The notes under the pieces are model-generated. The model was not told the origin of the DNA and did no database searches. It saw only the letters and a list, made by a program, of their open reading frames with translations. From the human T2T-CHM13v2.0 reference genome, Homo sapiens: a stretch of DNA of 64,000 nucleotides. This document shows, in pieces, positions 29,141 through 43,828 of the stretch. A program made the translations under genes and the position numbers. The DNA lies in the NCBI RefSeq assembly GCF_009914755.1, contig NC_060926.1; one strand, 5' to 3'. The stretch's first letter is position 1. Each line of letters begins with the position of its first letter.

Positions 29141-32100
29141 ATGGAAACACCTCATAAAGACTGCATTGCTTTAATTTAATTTACAATATAAGCTTGAGTG
29201 TTTCCAAAGAAATCAAATGTGATGTTCACGCTTTGTTTCCTACAGCGGTGGTTACCCTGTATCATTCCGTAGGCTTGCTGTCCTTGGGCAAATGTGACGC
29301 TGCACACCTAATAATCACAGCCAGTCTAGCGGAGGCCTGTGCTGCCGGAGAGCTCCGTGGATGCCGACCAGCATTATTTAAGTTTTCATTCAAAATCTCC
29401 TTTAGGGTGACTTCTGTGCACCTGAACTTCCCGTTCAAGAAGATCAACAAATGGCTGAAGACAGATTTTTCAGCCAGAGGAAAGAATTATTACCTTACCA
29501 TCAGTCTAATGAAAACAGAGGTGAAATACCAACCTGCAGTAGATAAACAGCACACCGAGCCATCCATCACATTCAGCCTTACTGAGCAGAACACCCTAAC
29601 CGATTTCGCCTGATTTTCCTGCGCCTCTTGCAGACAGGCATTCACAATATCAGAGAGCTGAGACATTTTCCAGCAAGCTTTCGTCAGAATAAAAACCTGA
29701 TCAGGAATCCTTGAAGCCATCCCGTCTCCCAATCTAAATTCCCCTTTCTCTCTAGCTATGAACACCAATAGCTTATTAAAGACTTGCTTCTCACTCGCAA
29801 GCTCTGCCAAGCTGGCATTCCCTTCCAGGAGCTGGTTTCTATTATTGGATCTACACAGCACCTCCAACGACAACTCTCTTTTTCAGAACCTTCTAGTTGA
29901 TAATTAGCATATCCATTCATTCAGCAGAAATACCTGCCCATTACTAGGCACTCCGGGTATAGAGATACAAGGCCCCTGTCTTCCAGGAGCTGAAAGTCAA
30001 AGGAAAAAGGCATCTTGCCTATCTATAGACCTTTTCTTTCATTTTTCACATATATCATCACTCATTTTGCCTTAGCAATGGTGAATCAAAGACAGCAATG
30101 CACATGTTGTTAACAATGGCCGTTGAGGAACATGTTTGAAGGGCTCTAACACATTATAAATTGTGCTAATGTCTGTTGATCTTTGCAATAAGGAATCATA
30201 ATAGAAACAACAAAACTATGAAATAGATTTGTGGAATGCTTATGATGTGAAAGGCGCTAATCATATTTTGTTTAATACTTATGGAAATCCCACAAGATCG
30301 TAGTATCCCCAATACACAAATGAAGAAATGGAGCCCAGCCTGAGAGTATACATCTAGTGAGTAGCAAAGCCACTATTTGGACCCAGGTATTTTTCAGGGT
30401 ATTCAGAGATGGTCATACTGTATCTGGTTAATTCACAAGAAACTAATAAGTAAAAGAAAATTTTCACTATCCATAGTGGAGGATATCCCTTTCTGGGGTC
30501 CAGAATACCTTGCTCCTATCCATGGAACACCTTCCTCATATCACATTTTTAATCAGAAATCTGCAAAGGGAGAGCGAATAGTATCAGAGGATGTTCCATA
30601 CAGACTACGGTAAGGACAGATGAGATGACACTTCAAGTCATACACACATGTGTACACACACAAACACACATACATGCACACGGACATGATCTCTGGTGAC
30701 TGGAGTGATTCCCCCTTTCACTTCCATCACCATCTCTCTAGGACAATTCTACACAAGTCACAAAACTCTGCCTATATGATTACTTATTTTGTGTTCCAGT
30801 GCAGATCATCCAAGGTGAGCTTTTGTCCTTAGCCTGGGATAGGCCATATTCCCAGAGTAAGTATGCCTTGTAAATTAGCTCCTTAGTACACTAATGAGTA
30901 TGACATTTTTAAAAAAGCAAGAGGTCATGTGATAGAGTTCTATGGTTTAAAACATGTTTAAGAAATGCAAATGTAAACAAAGTGAAATCGGCACTGTGAC
31001 TATGGAAGATTGTCCCAAGCAGATTTGAGAAGCACTGTAGGACTCATGCTCCTTAGGACACTGGGCTGTACTCCTGCTTCTTCTGAAATCACATTTTGCA
31101 AAAGGTAAAGAAACATTCTATCTCCTTCAATTATGCATGTATTTAAGTAACTTAATGCTTAGAGCACAACTACTTGCCCTAACTTCCAAGCTTCGGAGAG
31201 ATACCTCCATGTCACCCCCAGGAACCATCAGATGTATCACTTATTTATTTCTATTGCCTCTAACACTTACACTTAGTAGAGAAATAAACTTTTAAGTAAT
31301 CATCTTTTTACTGGAATCACCGTGTCCAGTCATATTAGTATCTCACCCAATGTGGCTGCTCCATAAAATGTCAATAAGGAGTTGAGATTTCAGACTTTTC
31401 TTCTGTGGCTGTGAAACTGGGATGTAATCCAGCTGTTGGGTCAAAGACAAACATCACCTGTACTGTTTCAGATCCATCATGAGTATGATGTGCAAAGATA
31501 AGGTTACACCCAGTCAGGTGCTGACACATAGGAAATCGAATCGACCCAAGGGCCACGTTAATTAAAGCAGAGCTCTGCCAAGCAGGGTTTATCAACTGAA
31601 GGGGCCGAAGACTCCCTAAATGTGGGCAGCTCAAGATCAAACCCAGTGAACCCTTGCCCTTGGCTGTGAGGCACTCTGAGGACTCGTTTGAAGTACAACC
31701 TGAACTTTGCTGGCACTGACCCAAATGCCTACACAAGGCTTTGATCATGTAGCTCTGCGTGCCACAGGATTTCAGTCCAAACTGAGGCTCACTAACAACG
31801 ACAGAAGGTGGAGATTAGAGGAAAGCAAGAAAGACCCAAAACTTCAAGCACATGCCAAGGAGATAACACTGTGTTGAGAGGCAGTCAGTGCCTCATGAAC
31901 AATGCTTTGAGCTGCAGTTAATAACAGAGGCATCAACACCTCCCTCACAGATACTATCTTTTCACATTGCCCTCTTGTGTTTTGTATGTTAACATTTATT
32001 TCTCTAGTGCATTTATGCTGTCTATGCCATGTGATGTGCTATGACAATCAGAGAATTTTGATGTGGCCTAGATTCTGGAAAAACATAATGAAGATTTGTT

Positions 32101-32561
32101 TTTCTTTGTTATGATGGAATTCAAACTAAGCCCTACACTGGAAAGGTGTTCTCATGGTAAGTTTACTGGTTTTGGAAATAGATGTGGTATTTGTCTAACC
32201 CTTATTTCTTGTGTATCTTTTTCCTTAGGCGGCTCCATTCATGGGTTCTGTGAAGGGCTGGGAGCCAAGTGTTGAGAGAAGGAAAGCTGGTGTGCGTGAT
32301 CTGTGCTGATGAATTGAGGGTGGCTGGGGGAGCCCATCAGCCGTGCTGAGTGACATTCCACAGAGTTAGCCTCAGCAGATGTCCTGTACAGAGGGCTTTG
32401 TGGTACCCACACAAGTTATGAACTCTGGAGTCTGTAGCTATGAAGAGGTATTTCAAGAAAGAAATTCCTTCTGCATTCATCCTCTTTCTGGTGCATCTAA
32501 TACTTTCCCTGTGGATGGAGGAATTTTGTATGGTGCTAAGTATCACCTGATGAAATAGTTA

Positions 32562-32862
<301 letters not shown>

Positions 32863-33148
32863 GAAATAGTTACTTTAATTGCTTGTTATACTAGTAGTGG
32901 ACAAGAATAGGGCCTCTGAATGGCTAGATGAAAACAACAATAAGAAAACCACAATTTTCTATGTCGTCATAACTGGATAATCATTTAGGGTGAAGGTGGA
33001 TTCTAAAACATCTTTGGTAGCTGAAGTTACCTCCTTTCTTGTTCTTTCACTTCCGTGCATGGATCTCTTGCTTACTATAGTAATGTGCATAAGCATATTC
33101 CGTAAGATGTGCATAAGATCTGCCTTTTGCATAAGATGTGCATATGTT

Positions 33149-34783
<1,635 letters not shown>

Positions 34784-36009
34784 GAAAACTGGCTAGCCAT
34801 ATTCAGAAAACTGAAACTAGACCTCTTCCTTACACCTTACACAAAAATTAACTCAAGATGGATTAAGGACTTAAACGTAAGACCTAAAACCATAAAAACC
34901 CTAGAAGAAAACCTAGGCAATACCATTCAGGACACAGGCATGGGCAAAGACTTCATGACTAAAATACCAAAAGCAATGGGAACAAAAGCCAAAATTGACA
35001 AATGGGATCTAATTAAACTAAAGAGCTTCTGCACAGCAAAAGAAACTATCATCAGAATGAACAGGCAAGCCACAGAATGGGAGAAAATTTTTGCAATCTG
35101 TCCATCTGACAAAGGGCTAATATCCAGAATCTACAAAGAACTTAAACAAATTTACAAGAAAAAAAACAAACAATCCCATCAAAAAGTGGGCAAAGGATAT
35201 GAACAGACACTTCTCAAAAGAAGACATTTATGCGGCCAACAAACACATGAAAAAAAGCTCATCATCACTGATCATTAGAGAAATACAAATCAAAACCACG
35301 ATGAGATACCATCTCATGCCAGTTAGAATGGATCATTAAAAAGTCAGGAAAACAAATGCTGGAGAGGATGTGGAGAAACAGGAACACTTTTACACTGTTG
35401 GTGGGAGTGTAAATTAGTTCAACCATTGTGGCAGACAGTGTGGCAATTCCTCAAGGATCTAGATCCAGAAATACCATTTGACCCAGCAATCCCATTACTG
35501 GGCATATACCCAAAGGATTATAAGTCATTCTACTATGAAGACACATGCATGTGTATGTTTATTGCAGCACAGTTCACAACAGCAAAGACTTGGAACCAAC
35601 CCAAATACTCATCAATCATAGACTGGATAAAGAAAATGTGGCACATATACACCATGGAATATTATCCAGCCATAAAAAAGAATGAGTTCATGTCCTCTGC
35701 AGGGACATGGATGAAGCTGGAAACCATCATGCTCAGCAAACCAACACAAGAACAGAAAACCAAACACCGCATGTTCTCAATCATAAGTGGGAGTTGAACA
35801 GTGAGCACACATGGACACATGGAGGGGAATATCACACACTGGGGCCTGTCGGGGGGTGGGGAGCTAGGGGAGGGATAGCATTAGGAGAAATACCTAATGT
35901 AGATGATGGGTTGGTAGGTGCAGCAAACCATCATGGCACGTGTACAGCTATGTAACAATCCTGCACGTTCTACACATGTATCCTAGAACTTAAAGTATAA
36001 TAATAATAA
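34784..36009 (+). mobile_element. L1PA non-inverted 3' segment (ORF2 C-terminus, 3' UTR, short A tail)
   Basis: ORFs 34778-35278 and 35426-35797 match the ORF2 C-terminus; G-rich 3' UTR and ACTTAAAGTATAATAATAATAAA end; TSD AAGATGTGCATATGTT at 33133-33148 and 36010-36025. Confidence 0.97.
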
Positions 36010-36308
36010 AAGATGTGCATATGTTCTGCATCTTGCATAGGATCCCTGGGTAAGACTTGACTGTGTTGGGATCCTTTTACTTAATGAACTTTTGATAGCT
36101 GAGCTTTGTTCCATGTTGAGTTACCATTATTGTTTTAAATCATTAAAACTGTCATTTAAAATAGTCTTTAAAGCAGAAAAGGACACAACCTAGTCTATCC
36201 ATCTATTTGGATCTTCCAGTCTGAAGTGCACATATTACATAGCAGCAAACAACAGTCTTTCTCCAACCACTTGGTTAAGTGATGACCACTGTCCTTTCCC
36301 CCTGATTC

Positions 36309-36984
36309 TTTTTTTCTTTTTTTAAGGTATGCACTTTTATTCAACTGGTCTTAAGTCAGTGTACAGGTAAGCCCTGGCTGCCTCCACACCTCCACCCCCT
36401 CCCAGGGAGACCAAAAGCATTCATACATCGCAAGTTGGGAGACAAAAAAGGGGGGCCACGATGGCTGATCATTCAAAATAAAACAAAAAAGTATTAAATT
36501 GAAGATTAAAAAAATTACATTACCTTATTTACATTGAAAGCACTGCTATCACCTCCCATGTGTGGGACTCGGGAGAGGACTGGGCCATTCTCCTTAGAGA
36601 GAAGTGGGGTGGTTTTGGGGATGGCAAGCGTCTTCCTGTAACAATGCATCTCACGATATTTGGAATGACTTAAAAAAAGATTAATCAAAGTCCTCAGACA
36701 CATTGCAGAACTTTGGGGGATGCTCACTCCAACTGACTGCTGTCACCTTCATCGGTCTAGTTTTTTTAAATCCTGAGTCAATCCAAAAACAAAACAAAAC
36801 AAAACAAAAGCCTTGCCAATCTTGTTTTTTGCCCATAGATAGGTTTTGGCAAGAAAGGGTATAACGCAACTAAGTAACAGTCTGCCTAGAGGCATTTGCA
36901 GCGGACAGCGGAGGGGCTGGACTCGTATTCCCGCTTGCTGATCCACATCTGCTGGAAGGTGGACAGTGAGGCCAGGATGGAGCC
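36309..36984 (-). pseudogene. 5'-truncated processed pseudogene of beta-actin (ACTB): last ~32 codons, full 3' UTR and poly(A)
   Basis: 36984-36886 translates [32 protein letters not shown] (actin C-terminus [33 protein letters not shown]). ACTB-type 3' UTR, AATAAA at 36336-36341, T tract at 36309-36323, degenerate TSD CCCTG(G)ATTCT. Pseudogene number not assigned. Confidence 0.95.
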
Positions 36985-36999
36985 TGCCCTGGATTCTGA

Positions 37000-37450
37000 C
37001 TTCAATTCCTAACTCCCCTCTCCTTGCTCTTTCTGCTTCAGCCCAAGTGACCTGCTTAACGTGCCAGGGCACACGGCAGGACAGGGACTTTGCACTTGCT
37101 GTTTCTTCAGTCTGATGGCTCCTCTCCAGCTATCTGCATGACTCGTCCTTGCTTCCTCCAGGTCTTTGTTCAAATGTCATCCTCTTAGTGAGGCCTCCCC
37201 TGGCCGCTCTGTCTAAAGTTCGCCTTGCACCCGGCACTTTCTGTTCTCCTTCCTTGCTTTATATTTCTCCCACATATTTATTGCTATACTATAAATATAT
37301 ACATACTGTATTTTTTAGTTTTGGCTCATTTTAGTGTTGATCTTCCCAGGCAGAATGTGAGGACAGAATTTTTGTTTGTTTTGCTCTCTGTTGCATTAGG
37401 GCACATGACAAGTATTTAATATAAATTTTTGAATGAATGAATGAATGAAT
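37000..37450 (+). mobile_element. L2a 3' end
   Basis: CAGGGACTTTGCACTTGCTGTT..CAAATGTCATCCTCTTAGTGAGGCCTCCCCTG..(GAAT)n tail. Confidence 0.85.
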
Positions 37451-37551
37451 AGGGTCCAGGTTCTCTGCTGGTCACAACTGATCAAGTCAAATATGGTTTT
37501 TCATTGCAAGGAGTTTATGTCTCATGAGGATGGCAGATATTTAAGTAATTA

Positions 37552-38210
37552 AAATGTGTCCACACATAAACCTGCATACAGATGTTTATGGCAGCTTTAT
37601 CCACAATTCCCCAAATTTGGAAGCAACCATGGTGTCCTTCAGTATGTGAATGGATAAATAAGCTTGAGGACATCCAGACAATGAAATATTTATTCAGTAC
37701 TAAAAATAGCTATCAAGCCATGAAAAGATGTGGAACAAAGTTAAATGCATTTTACTAAGTGAATGAAGCCAATCTAAAAAGGCTATATACTATAATAATT
37801 CCAACTATATGACATTCTGGAAAAGGCAAAACCATGAAGATAGTAAAAAGACCAGTGGTTTCCAGTGCTTAGGGACAGTGAGTGATGAATAGATGGAGCA
37901 TAGAGGAGTTTTTTTTTTTTAAGCAGTGGAACTACTGTGTATGATACAATAATGGTAGATATATGTCATTATACATTTGTCCAAACCCATAGACTATGAA
38001 TGAATCCTGATGTAAACTATGGACTTTGAGTGATAATGATATGTTCATGTAGGTCCATGAATTGTTTTAAATGTACCACTCTGGTAGGGGATGTTGATGG
38101 TGGGGGATGTTGATAACATGGGGAGTGGCAGGGGCATATGTGAGATCTCTGTACCTTCCCCTCAACTTTGCTGTGAATGTAAAATTACCTAAAAAATAGT
38201 CTATTAAAAA
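37552..38210 (+). mobile_element. L1MC1-like 3' end
   Basis: TGTAAACTATGGACTTTGAGTGATAATGAT..AAATGTACCACTCTGGTAGGGGATGTTGAT..TTTGCTGTGAA; flanked by ATTAAAA(A)TGTG on both sides. Confidence 0.88.
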
Positions 38211-38299
38211 TGTGCAAATAATTTGTGAGAAAATCTAAGTGTCTCCAAGATCATGAGTTTGAACTTGAAAATGGCTGTCTATACAAAAAAAAAAAAAAA

Positions 38300-38640
38300 A
38301 AGAAAGGGGTCACTGCAGGGGTGAGAAGGAATAGCAGTGGAGCCTAATCCGGTCTTCCTGTGGAAGTGATGTTTAAACCAACACCTGAGCTTTATGTGAG
38401 GGGCCAGAGGCAAGAGAGAGTATGGCAGTTGCCAGTTCCAGGTGGCTGGAGCTGGGACGCAAGAAGTGAGAAGGGTCCAGATGTTAAATGAAGCTCAAGG
38501 TGGCAGGGGGAGCGGGGTGGATGCAAAGATCTGGCATGAAATCTTCAGGAGACTGAGCAACAGGGAGCCATAGAGGGGTCTGAAGCAGGAAAATGACATG
38601 ACCAGAATAGTATTTTAGCCAGATTTGAGAGAAGCAAGAA
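38300..38640 (-). mobile_element. L2 fragment
   Basis: CTTCCTGTGGAAGTGATGTTTAA..GGGAGCCATAGAGGGGTCTGAAGCAGGAAAATGACATGACCAGA. Confidence 0.65.
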
Positions 38641-39556
38641 GAAAAGTTAAAATGAAACAGATCTCAATGTGTGCAGACTGTCAAATCTGTCTCTAGGAGA
38701 ACTGATTCACTCTGGACAGACAAAAATAGTAAGCACATAGAGTACAAGTGAAATTTTCTTGGGGTCCTTACAGCTCTGGGAACACTGAGCCCATCCCTGC
38801 CTCAGCATTTCACCCACCATGTCCCCTTACTGAAAATGTTCTTTTCTTCCATCCACAGCCACTCATCCTTCACAAATACAGTTGCAGTCTACTTCCTCTG
38901 GAGAACTCTTTCTGTCCTCATTGGTATTTCTTTCCTTTGATTTCCTAAAGCACTAAGGTGCACACCATGCAACTTAGCTCTTAATGGTCTACCTTACTGA
39001 ATAATCTGATACCTTAGTAACCCAAGTAGAATGTTCTTTCCTGACTAACAAAGACTCCATACCCCACCCACCTCCTCACTACCTACCAGGTTCTTCCAAA
39101 ATGTACCAAATAATTTAGGTCCAGAGTATTGAATATAACCTGGCAGTCTGCAATCTTAGAATGACTCTTCAAAGACTCACACTTTATAAATGAGAACATC
39201 TGGACATGAGTAGGTCAGCAGGGAAAGCCAGGAGAACTAGGCTTTGGAGTTATTATCTAGCTATAATTTAGTTGAGTGACCCCATGCCAAAAAAATCAGA
39301 AGACCCTCTATGACAGTTGAGCATTTGTGAAGAACAAAGGCAGAATATCCAAAACGTAAGGACAAATCTTAAATATAGTAAAAAATTAGGCAACTGCCAC
39401 ATGAAAACACCTAGTAGAATCTGAAAAACAAACTTCAGTGAAATTTGGCCAACTGTGTAAATGACCACAGACCTCAGTATGGTCAGTATTGATATCCAAA
39501 ATAATGGAGTAAAATATATAAAAACAGCTCTATTTCTGGAGTAAGATGTCAGAGCA

Positions 39557-39645
39557 TTCCCTCCCTCCCTTCCTCCCTCCCTCCCTTCCTCCCTTCCTCC
39601 TTTCCTCCCTTCCTTCCTTTCCTCCTCCTCCCTGTCTCCCTCCCT
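39557..39645. repeat. CT-rich (CCCT/CCTT)n simple repeat
   Basis: Near-pure pyrimidine run read directly. Confidence 0.9.
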
Positions 39646-40341
39646 ACCTGGTGTTGAAAATATTATCAATAGACCTATTAACAATTACTGCATTCACGTA
39701 TTCTTCCAGTGTCTTTTTATTGGCTGTCAAGGACCATTAAATGGATCAACATAAAACAGTGTGCTACCTCTTGACTCCAGTTTCAAAATCTCAGTATATT
39801 TCAGTAAACTATCTCTTTAGTGAGAGTGATGATGTTTGACCATAAGGCCTTGTTGAGAGTGACAACAATGAATGGGTTACACATTGCTGATCTAGATCAA
39901 GAAGCTTGTCAGATGTTACAGTATGCTCACACATTAAAGTTACACTATGCGGCAATTACCCTAAGTTTATTTTGTGTCAGTTACAGCATGATGGGGATGC
40001 CAATCACAGAGCTCTCCTTGCAGGTAGGTTAGCATTTCTATTCTAGGTCCCCATATTCAAAAGCGTTCATAACTTGGTCATAAAAACTAATCATGGAATG
40101 AATCTTGGCATATAAAAGTCATTTCTCAGAAGATTAAAAAAATACAAATTAGAAAAAAGCCCCAAGTGCTTTGCCATTCTGATGTTACCCACAGGCCCCA
40201 AAATGAATTAGCAAGTCAGCAAGTCCTTTTCACTTATTTTTTTCTTTCTCCAAGAAAACTGTGTACTTCAGGGCCTTTGGGTCAGTTTTTAAGCTGACTT
40301 GTCTGGAAAAGGTTATCACTTGGAGGGAAAGAAGTTCTTTT

Positions 40342-40565
40342 CCAGCCTGGACAATATAGTTGAGACTCGGTCTCTATAAAAAATTTAAAAAGACAAATCA
40401 GCCAGGCATGGTGGCTCACACCTGCAGTTCCAGCTACTCGGAAGGCTGAGGTGGGAGGATGACTTGAGCTCAGGAGTTCAAGGCTGCAGTGAGCCATGAT
40501 GGTGCCACCACACTCCAGCCTGGGTGATGGCAGAGTGAGACCCTGTTTTAAAAGGAAAAAAAAAG
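40342..40565 (+). mobile_element. 5'-truncated AluJ
   Basis: Starts at CCAGCCTGGACAATATAG; J-type right arm; flanked by AAGTTCTTTT on both sides. Confidence 0.9.
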
Positions 40566-40844
40566 AATTAGAATTAAGTTCTTTTGTGCTACACAAAGAT
40601 ATTTTCCTTCAGGTGGTGATGGGAGGAGGGAAGGTTGGCTAACACTGAAGTTTCAAGTTTGAGTTCAGGGCTGTATTTCTGAATATAAACAAGATGCTAT
40701 TGAAACTGTTCATTTAGATGCTCTCTCTCTTTTCTTTAAATAATCTCTAAAATTTTATATAATGAGAAACTGAGAACAAAGATTCAATCTTGTTTTTCCC
40801 TTGCAACTGCAGTAGCAGATATTTACTGATGGCAAACTGTTCCA

Positions 40845-41000
40845 GATATTTTGTGAACGTTATGCCATTTAATACTAATTTTAATATTGCAAAAAGGCAC
40901 CACTTACTGCCTTTGTTTTATAAATGAGGAAACTTAGGCTCAGACCAGTTAAGAAACCTGCCAGGGGACATACACTGAAGCTGAAACCCAGGAAACCCAG
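40845..41000 (-). mobile_element. MIR SINE remnant
   Basis: TTTTATAAATGAGGAAACTTAGGCTCAGACCAGTTAAGAAACCTGCC. Confidence 0.7.
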
Positions 41001-43500
41001 GCCCATAATAAGTTAAATGTGTGTGTTCTATTAGTCATATATGCTTTTTAGCATGACACACAAAGGTAGGTCATGCTAAAAAGTGCCAATACCTATGTGG
41101 AAGAAAATACTCACAGTTAAACATATGCTCTAAAGGTCTTAATGTTAACATACAGGTGTCTGAATGGCAACTGCTAGGGCTTTGTGGGGCTGGGCCTAAG
41201 TAAATGCTGATACAGGCAGCCCCTTCACTTAGCCCATCCATTTTTGCCCACATTGTCTTTGGCAATTTCTGTAGTCATCTCCAATTCATTTAAAAAGTTT
41301 ACTACAAGAGTTAATTGATCTTGATTGCTGGTGGGTAGCATTAACTCAAATACAGAAATGCTCTTGCTCTCCAAGATGACTCCTATTTTAGGGCCTGGCC
41401 ACCGCTAGGCTAAGCTTGGTGGGTTACCCTCAAATGACCACCCACATTCATGTAAGGTGAACTTGTCCTCAAACAGCTGCTGGCTATTAAAGTTAAATTT
41501 TGATCAGATCTTCCAACATTTAGTAGTACAATTCCAACTCACTAGGTTTTCCAGGTTTTTCAAAAATCACCTTTCGTTCTCATGGTGAATAATTTTAATT
41601 GGAGAAAGAAAAAAAAAATCTCAAATGCACAAAATCTTTTACCATGTTTCATCTTTTTAATAATGTATTTATTTTTATTCTCAGTCCAACAGGCAAAGAC
41701 CAAGTCAATTTCAGTATTTGGCACAAAGCCTGCTGCAATATTGATGATATAATATCAATCATGATTATAAGTTACTCTGTTATTATGTGAATATTATTTT
41801 ATAAGCTTTAATAAGATGCTTGAGCATTTAAGATGAATGGTTTAAAGTCTAAATTCATATTCATGCCAAATATGTAGGACATATTTTTCATAATTGTTCT
41901 TGTCCCTTGGGTCAGTAATATACTTTATAATCATCATAAAATTTCATTCTTAATTCATTTTAATTTATCAGAAGGAAAATATGGATGGTTATTGCCCAAT
42001 TAAAATACTCCTGATGCTTTTAAGGTAGATATTATTGGGGTTTTGGAGTTTCACTGAAGACAATTTAAAAAAAAAAAAAAGAGCAGCTGCATGGCTTCAA
42101 AGTGTTTTTAAGTGCTCTGAGTTTCCAGAGATATCCAGCTGTTTAGCAGTTCCCTGTCCCATGTCCTGTTCTCGTATCATCTGTGATGTAATCAAGGAAA
42201 GACTGGAACATTTTTCCCACATGAAAGGTGCAGGAGCATGTGACTAGAGATAGAATTTTCACTTGGTACCTAGAGAATCCATTCTAATACTTATGTACAC
42301 TTGGCTTACAGTTGCCAAGAGCAGGATCTAGGAAGAAGGTCACCAAAAAACCTGAGATAAATGCATGAATCTGAGTCTGCCTCCTTGGCTAGACATAGTA
42401 CCACTTGCTTTGTGAGAGACACAAGAGGTGTGCCCTTGGAATGGATGCTTTTTGAAGGTGTTTGCTAAAGGCATTTTCTCTAGACAATTCACATGATACT
42501 GGCTAGAAAGCAAACCGGTAGGTGCCCATACAGAACCCAATAGAGCAGATTCTGTTACAAAAGCTACAGTTTCTTCCAGAGAAATTAAATGAATCAAAGT
42601 GATTAATGTCCATAAAAGAAAACATATAGTCAGAAAAACTGCATTTCAGTTCATTTTGAAAAAATTACAAACAGAATTCAGTCTGACCGTTCTTCCTTTG
42701 ATGCATTTGATTTCTACTTTCTTCTCAATTTCATCAAGATCTTAAGCCATAACTGTATTGACACCTATTTTTATTTTCTTCCCCTCACTTATCAGGATAT
42801 TGTAATTTTATATACACGTGTTCAGTTCTCTGAAAAGAAAGTCCCCAAAGTTCATAATCTTCTAAATGTTTACTTAATATTAAGATGAAAGCACTCTTAA
42901 GGACGGATACTATGAAGATGCCTTAAGATTGTTTGAAAGTCCAGGCTTTCAAACAATTGGTGTTCCTCTCCAAAAAGAGGAGAGTCTTTGCAGTGGGGGC
43001 ATAAGGATTAGTTGGTGGATGTGGTAAAGGCAGACAAGTTTATTAAAATATATGCAAATTGCTTTCATTTGGAGGTGTGTTATAGTTTACAAAGAGCTTT
43101 GGCATGCACATGTTGTATCATTTGGTAAAAATTAACATACCCACCATTCTTAGAAGCAATTCAGTTGTCTTCTAATACACTGCTCATTTGTGAATATTTT
43201 CTTTTCGAACAGGCAGATTTTCACTTGAAATATTGAACTGTAAGATTCACATCATAAGGGGCGATAAAGTCATATGCATTCTTAAATAAAAATAATAGCA
43301 CATTCTTAAAAGGACATTTGTTTGTTTATTACTTAAATGGGTTTCAGCCACTAGCGTACATTTGGCACCAGTTGCTGTGTTTTGCTCTAGCCTGAGACTC
43401 TAATGCCTGAGCACTAGTTACTCCGGTTCTAAAAAGCTATGAATTTTGATATATAGCCTACGTTATGAAAGCTTACCTCTTTATGGCTTCAACCAGGTGA

Positions 43501-43828
<328 letters not shown>

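Noticed and set aside
36749-37072. 107-aa ORF overlapping the actin remnant
   Set aside because: Alternative frame across an L2/ACTB-retrocopy junction; not actin-coding.
38285-38301. A17 tract as the tail of a tiny retro-insertion
   Set aside because: No TSD or poly(A) signal; it lies within L2-derived sequence and is probably slippage.
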